Shown here: positions 57,241-64,000 of the stretch, piece by piece | Layout: every line of letters starts with the position of its first letter | Numbering within the stretch: position 1 is the first letter of the stretch | Source of the DNA: the human T2T-CHM13v2.0 reference genome, Homo sapiens | Reading direction: 5' to 3' (one strand) | DNA length: 64,000 bases | Assembly: GCF_009914755.1 (NCBI RefSeq) | Contig: NC_060926.1 | The notes under the pieces: generated by a model | The model's database searches: none | Seen by the model: the letters and a program-made list of their open reading frames with translations, nothing else | Told to the model about the DNA's origin: nothing | Made by a program: the position numbers and the translations under genes

Positions 57241-57437
57241 GGCTGGGTTCAAGATGAGTCTGAGTAACATGACAAAACCCTGTCTCTACAAAGAAATACA
57301 GCTCACTTGGGAGGCTGAGGTGGGAGGATCACCTGATCCCAGGGAGGCTGAGGCTGCAATGAACTGAGATGGTGCCACTGCACCGCAGCCTGGGCGACAG
57401 AGTGAGATCTCATCTCGAAAAACATAAAAATAAAAAA
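57241..57437 (+). mobile_element. Internally deleted Alu (AluJ-like)
   Basis: ggctggg then jumps to ttcaagatgagtctgagtaacatg; second deletion before cagctcacttgggaggctgagg. Confidence 0.85.
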
Positions 57438-59712
57438 GATAGATTGTAAGGCAGTATTATCACTTAGTAAAAATATATTTATAGTATTTTTTCTTAAATT
57501 TAAATTAATGTCTTGGATGGGAAAGACACTTAGAATGACAGTGGCTGCTTTTAGGGAGAAAATATAAGGCACTTCCACATTATTTGTTTTACTATTTCTT
57601 ATCTTAACAATGACATCAGATATTTATTCTTTATTCTAGATACTTTTCTTTATCTTTAAATTTCTCAAAATAAAACCAAGTAAATATATCAGGAAATACA
57701 TTTTTTATTTTTCCTGATTAAGTGATAATCTATGATTTTTCTTATGAAATACTTAGAGGCTAGAAAGTTATTAGAAAATACAGAATGCTGCTATGTGTGT
57801 GTTTACACTTAATGTTTTAAAACTAATTTATTATCTTATATATAAATGTTTCTGGGGCTATTCCTCACGTAAAATTGATTATAAACACGGATATCTGATC
57901 ATAGTCAGATTTGCACCATTACAGAGTTTAAGTGATAACTGAGTTCATAACTAAAATATTAGAGACATTACGGCAAAGTAAAATAACAACAATTTAAAAA
58001 AAAACCCACGCATAGAAATAGGATGATACTTTTTTTCTCTACAGCTTATTAGATCTGTGCTCAAGAAAGGTCAAGAGACTTAACCTCTCTGAGCACTAAA
58101 TTCCTTATCTTTAAAATAGATGCAAGAATATCTTCTCAACAGGACCATATTGAGGATTAGAATGGAAAAAAAAAAAAAGAGGGAAGAAGAGAGAGAGCAC
58201 CTAACACAGTGCTAGCCACATGATAGATACTAATTTTCTACATGAGTTTATTTTAAAACTGTCTTGAAAAAACATAGTATATAGTGATAACAACTAATTC
58301 TTTGGTAATATATAACAGAATATTCATAAGGCAAGATTTTGGAAGGATTCAAATGTGGCTTCTTATTTATGCATTATATCCTAATTATCTATATGTATTG
58401 TATGTCTGATTGCTAGTCAGTTAGAAAAAAGACAGAATATCCCTTCCTTCAAACTATGCCAGGCTTAAAAACAATAGAAATTACTTATAATGGATGGGGG
58501 AGAATTGAAATGAATGAAGAAAAACTATCATCACTTATTTAAATTACACTTAATTATTGAGGGGATGGTTTTTAAAATTCATCATTATCTTACATTTTAA
58601 TAGCCTTTAATAGAAGTCTATTAGACTTCTATTAAAGTAGAGAAATTGGTGAATTTTACTATTTACAGAAAATTGTGTCTTTTGACTAATATGAGACAGA
58701 AACTTGATATATGGTTTTAATTTATTCCTGTACTTCCAGTCTTCACAAAATGAATATTCACAAGTTGACTGATTTGATTGTAACACAATCGAAATAAATG
58801 ATTTATGAAGAGAACAAAATTGAGTAAATTAGAATACCATGAGGCAAATGATATCCAAGGAACATAATTGATAAACTGAAAAAATTTACATCTGATAGCC
58901 AGCAACCAGTTCCAGATATTCCTAGAGCAGGAATGGAACTTGATACATCACATGGCCCAGAACACTGATTTTAGCATATGGATTTCTGAAACTTGAGCAA
59001 AAGCTTATTCTGGCCTTATAGATGCAAAAGAATAGAACCAGCACAATGACTTTTCTTTTTCTAGCATATAAATATTACCACCTTTTATTCGTTTAACAAA
59101 TACTTGGGAGAGTTACCTTTTGTCCTCCCACCCCCCATAGCAATCCTTTGCTACGTAAAGACAAAAAGGTAAGCGTCCATTAATTGAGTCACTTATTGTA
59201 GATATTATATGACAAATTTTACATTTCTGTATATGTTATTTCATGGTCACAGCAGTGTTGTGAGACAGGTATTGTTGACAGTGCTTTACTCTGCAGAAGA
59301 ATAAAGTGATACTCAGTTAAATATATTTTCTAAGTTTACACAATATTAAAGTTTAGATTCAAAATCAGATTTGTTTTATTTATGACACTGTTTCTTAAAC
59401 AATGAAAAATTGTTACATAATTTTTCCACTTATCTCCTTATAGGGACATGTATGTTCTGAGATTATTCTATGCTACTTTTGCTTTTGGTTTGTGGTTAAT
59501 ATTTAGGTAATGATGCATTATCCTTCAAACATGAATAGTATCATCACCCTGTGTTTTTTGTTGAAAGAAAGTATATGTATCAAAGCTATTAACTTAGAGT
59601 ACAACTTTTAATCTATTCTATTATTCGGGCTTCAGATAAACAGTCCAAAACCTAGATAAGAAAGTGAAATGAATTATTTAGGCCAAACCGGCTTTACATG
59701 TGCTTCCACTAT

Positions 59713-59747
59713 GCATAATTTATCAAGAATTTTCTCTTTTCTTGTAG
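59713..59747 (+). promoter_or_regulatory. KCNJ3: 3' splice site (possible branch point GCATAAT, polypyrimidine tract, TAG acceptor)
   Basis: ttttctcttttcttgtag|GGATGACT; protein similarity to Kir channels starts exactly after this AG. Confidence 0.93.
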
Positions 59748-60334
59748 GGATGACTTGTCAAGCTCGAACATCATATACTGAAGATGAAGTTCTTTGGGGT
59801 CATCGTTTTTTTCCTGTAATTTCCTTAGAAGAGGGATTCTTTAAAGTTGATTACTCCCAGTTCCATGCAACATTTGAAGTCCCCACCCCACCTTACAGTG
59901 TGAAAGAGCAGGAGGAAATGCTTCTCATGTCGTCCCCTTTAATAGCACCAGCCATAACTAACAGCAAAGAAAGACATAATTCTGTGGAATGCTTAGATGG
60001 ACTAGATGATATTACTACAAAACTACCATCTAAGCTGCAGAAAATTACTGGAAGAGAAGACTTTCCCAAAAAACTCTTGAGGATGAGTTCTACAACTTCA
60101 GAAAAAGCCTACAGCTTGGGAGACTTGCCCATGAAACTTCAACGAATAAGTTCAGTTCCGGGCAACTCAGAAGAAAAACTGGTATCTAAAACCACCAAGA
60201 TGTTATCTGATCCCATGAGCCAGTCTGTGGCTGATTTGCCACCAAAGCTTCAAAAGATGGCTGGAGGAGCAGCTAGGATGGAAGGGAACCTTCCAGCCAA
60301 ATTAAGAAAAATGAACTCTGATCGCTTCACATAA
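59748..60334 (+). CDS. KCNJ3: Terminal coding exon of G-protein-activated inward rectifier K+ channel 1 (GIRK1/Kir3.1), cytoplasmic C-terminus ([10 protein letters not shown]...KMNSDRFT*)
   Basis: Translation contains Kir C-terminal domain motifs [33 protein letters not shown] and the GIRK1-specific tail ending NSDRFT. It is preceded by a polypyrimidine tract and AG (59746-47), with a phase-1 split Gly codon; stop TAA at 60332-60334. The first 26 aa of the supplied ORF (59669-59746) are intronic. Confidence 0.98.
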
Positions 60335-60744
60335 CAAAGCACTCCCTTAGGCATTATTTAATGTTTGATTTAGTAATAGTCCAATATTTGGCGATGAGGT
60401 AATTCTCCCTAAGGAATCTGAAAGTATATTTTCCTCCCAGTTCTACAAGCATATTTGAGAACCCTTCCTTTCCCAAGTATTGCGAATGTGCAGAAAGCAA
60501 CAGTTACGGAGGGAGGACATCATAAGGAAGTTATTAACGGGCATGTATTATCACATCAAGCATGCAATAATGTGCAAATTTTGCATTTAGTTTTATGGCA
60601 TGATTTATATATGGCATATTTATATTGTATATTCTGGAAAAAATATATATATATATATTTAAAGGGGAGATACTCTCCCTGACATTTCTAACATATGTAT
60701 TAAGCCAAACATGAGTGAATAGCTTTCAGGGCGATAAAACTAAA

Positions 60745-60833
60745 TATATGTCTGTGTGTGTGTGTGTATGTATACACACATATACATATATATATACACA
60801 TACATACACATACATACATACATACATATGTAT
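60745..60833. repeat. Compound (TG)n/(TA)n/(CATA)n microsatellite in the 3' UTR
   Basis: Directly visible. Confidence 0.95.
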
Positions 60834-62619
60834 CTGATAAAATTGTGATGTTTTGTTCAAAGTTGTAGTTCTTGTGCATGTTTACTTTATTAGAGTAGGA
60901 AGGCTACTGGCATTAATTATTAATACCAAATATTTTAGCCTTAAATTTTTGTCATTTTAAAATCTGATTTAATGTTTTCTGCTGTTTAAGGTCTTGGGAG
61001 GCTTTCAATTGTATTTTATATGAGAGAATCACACAAGTTTGTGCTATCTATGGCCCTGCAAAAATATAACCATTACATGTTTAAATTGTAAATTTTAGAG
61101 CATACCAGTACTCAGTATAGCATTGAACATTTCTTATGATTTTTAAAAGTTGCTAGTACTGGGGAGAAATAATTGTTGATTAATTTGAGAATTATTCCTT
61201 TCCTAGACTAATTAAAATCTGGAAATCTGTTTTGTATATGATCTAATACAAAGATGAGCTCTGAACAAACACTGAATCATGTTAATAGACAGTAGCCAAG
61301 TTATATTGAATATATCAGAATCTGTGTGAAGTTACACAATTAATTGTCCCTGTTTCAAACTGAGTAAATTGGAAACATTTTCTTTCTTTTTCTGGAAATT
61401 TTGTCCATTTTAAAAACCAATCATTTTAAGAAGACATGACAATGCAATGAAACAGATGATAAATATTTATGCTTAAAATATGTATGTCTAATTGAGTCTC
61501 TTTTTTATTCTGTTTTCTTGTTTATGGCATTTGTTGTAACAGGATAGACTTTTTCCTCACCTAGGAAACCTATCCCATGCCTGTCACTTATAGTTCAGGA
61601 GGAAGTTTTTGCACAGACCAGAGAGAAATTAAAATTAGATGATAAATTGAAGATATCTTACACACAGTTTTTTGGTGAACACTGATTTTATTGGTGTCTT
61701 AGATCCCTAGTCTACCCAAATAATTTTAACAGTACTGTTTTTTCTAATCCTGAAGTCTGATATTTATGACTCATTAGCAGGAATCAAAACTAGTGATCAG
61801 TAGAACACTTTCAAAATAAAAATTTGGAATGCAGACTTTTATGAAAATTTAAAAGTGCTCCTTAACAGAATATCATGGGTTTTCCTATAAAACTTCTTTA
61901 AGTATTGTAATTCCAGTCTGCCCCAACTTTAAAAAAAATTCTTATTAATATGTCAGTCATTAATTGCTAGTTTGGGCTCTCATTATTTCCTGTTTTTTAA
62001 CAATTTTGTGATAATTTTATTATTGGCAAATTAATACATCAACACTTAAATCATTGACTATAATAATACCTTCTGGCTACCTCTGTATCAACCAAATTCT
62101 GTAGGTGCAAACATATACCAGGGAATTCTTACTGGCAAAATGATCAATCTGGAGTGTGCATCCACTGTGAATGGAGCAAATTGCCCTATACCCATTGATA
62201 ACCTAGCTTTCTTAGTTTGTAGATGTAGGAAACAAAATAGTGACAGAGAGAGAAGGGGGTCCACAGGGCATGGTATATTTATCAGCAGTGGAAAAAAAGT
62301 GCATAGATCATTTAGTCCAAGAACTTAAAACTAAATAGAGCCATAATTTACTTTGGAGAGTCATTTTAATTTGTCTTTGGTACCAAGGAGAAGACGGAAC
62401 CAAAAACAAACTCTCCAAGTATATTCACACATTCAACAAAATTTTTGCATGCCTTCTATGTCGTAGGCATTTTTAGTTCCTGGGGATTTGGACATGGCTA
62501 AGTCAGAGAAGGCCATTGCTCACCATGAACACTGTATACCAGAAGGAGAGTGGGGAGGAGACAAAAAACAAATAAGACCACTTCAGACAATCAAAGTATC
62601 AGTTAAGAGAATGAAAACA

Positions 62620-63008
<389 letters not shown>

Positions 63009-63355
63009 TTAGAAAATGTGACTGGCTTAGGACGGGGATAATATGTGAACAGAAATCTATCTCATGAGAAAGTGCTACTGTTGTCAAAATTACCTTATCT
63101 GAGTGAATGGTATTTTTTTTATCTTTTCCACACATGCGTGGGAAAGGTATGATTTCTGCATGTAATTGCAGTTTAACCCTTATTTCTAGGTTGATCATAG
63201 GTCCCAGTTTACCCAGGAAAATTCCAGTTTATACCTGTTGTACCTGTGTAATTATTGGTAGCACTCCCTTTCACTCTTACAATGTCTTGGTTTGGATGAT
63301 ATATGGTGAAGTTTTTGTTGAAACTAAATTATGAAGTCTGATATATTTGGATAAA

Positions 63356-63361
63356 AATAAA
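63356..63361 (+). terminator. KCNJ3: Candidate main polyadenylation signal AATAAA
   Basis: Canonical hexamer followed by U-rich sequence (gcttttcttctccttttgctgatttttt). Other AATAAA at 61815, 62953, 62992, 63538 and 63781. Confidence 0.6.
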
Positions 63362-64000
63362 GAATTGCTTTTCTTCTCCTTTTGCTGATTTTTTGACACA
63401 TCATTCTAAGCAAAATCATCTCAGCTTCGTATATTTCAGCCTGAAGTACTTCTTACCAAAGTTGTTTCATGTAACATTTGTTCAATATGTTCGTGACATG
63501 TCTCTCAGTAATGAAAAGTTATGCATTTTATTGAATGAATAAAAACCTAACCTCTGCTATTTCCATTTCTGGAAGTTGTAAGAGCTCACATTAAAGACAG
63601 TAAAAGTCAATTTAAGCCAAGATCATTTTCAGCCCACCAATGTCATGGCTATTGGAAAGGAAAACCTAATGTGATCATTGAACTATCATAACAAGTGGAA
63701 ACTAGAACTTTTTTATAGCATTTTCATGATATAGGTCCTGTTATAGTAAGATATTTCATTCTATTTATCAAAATGGTGTAAATAAAAGAAACACAATTAT
63801 TTTGGTAATGCTTATCTTCAGTTTAAACATTTATTCTTTTCAGAAATATGTAAATACCCTTTTGTAAATATATACAAAATGAAAAATAAGGATATTTTAC
63901 CATTAATTATTTCTGAAAGATTCTTATGCTGTTTTAAATTTATCTATATATGGCTTAAAATATTATGAAAAGAGCCTTTTTGTCAGGACAAAATGGCTCA

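Noticed and set aside
59669-59747. N-terminal 26 aa (MNYLGQ...FSFLV) of the 221-aa ORF as a real protein start
   Set aside because: It runs through the polypyrimidine tract and acceptor. Kir similarity starts only after the AG, so this is an intronic open-frame extension.

Overview
Human (primate) genomic DNA, AT-rich and repeat-dense. It contains the 3' ~60 kb of a very long intron and the terminal exon of KCNJ3 (GIRK1/Kir3.1, G-protein-gated inward-rectifier K+ channel) on the + strand. The splice acceptor is at 59746-59747, the CDS runs 59748-60334, and a ~3 kb or longer 3' UTR follows with an embedded Alu and several AATAAA signals. The intron carries a full-length, dead, antisense L1PA6-like LINE-1 (43958-50106, 15-bp TSD) that retains an ORF0-like frame pointing at the exon. 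It also carries a degenerate antisense ERV (LTR plus env-TM and integrase remnants, ~11.1-14.3 kb), about 17 Alus, older L1M/L2/MIR/CR1 fragments and a MaLR LTR. Almost all ORFs in the supplied track are chance or repeat-derived. I see no clearly new biological system. The most unusual items are: a 128-bp TG...CA element with 33-bp inverted LTR-end termini and a 4-bp TSD (25578-25705); the L1 ORF0/antisense-promoter to exon-3 fusion potential; a 46-bp inverted duplication marking a complex rearrangement (3013-3887); a pre-miRNA-sized perfect hairpin (23146-23198); and a six-fold internal peptide repeat in the GIRK1 C-tail. Repeat subfamily names are from memory of consensus sequences, and repeat boundaries are approximate unless a TSD is given.
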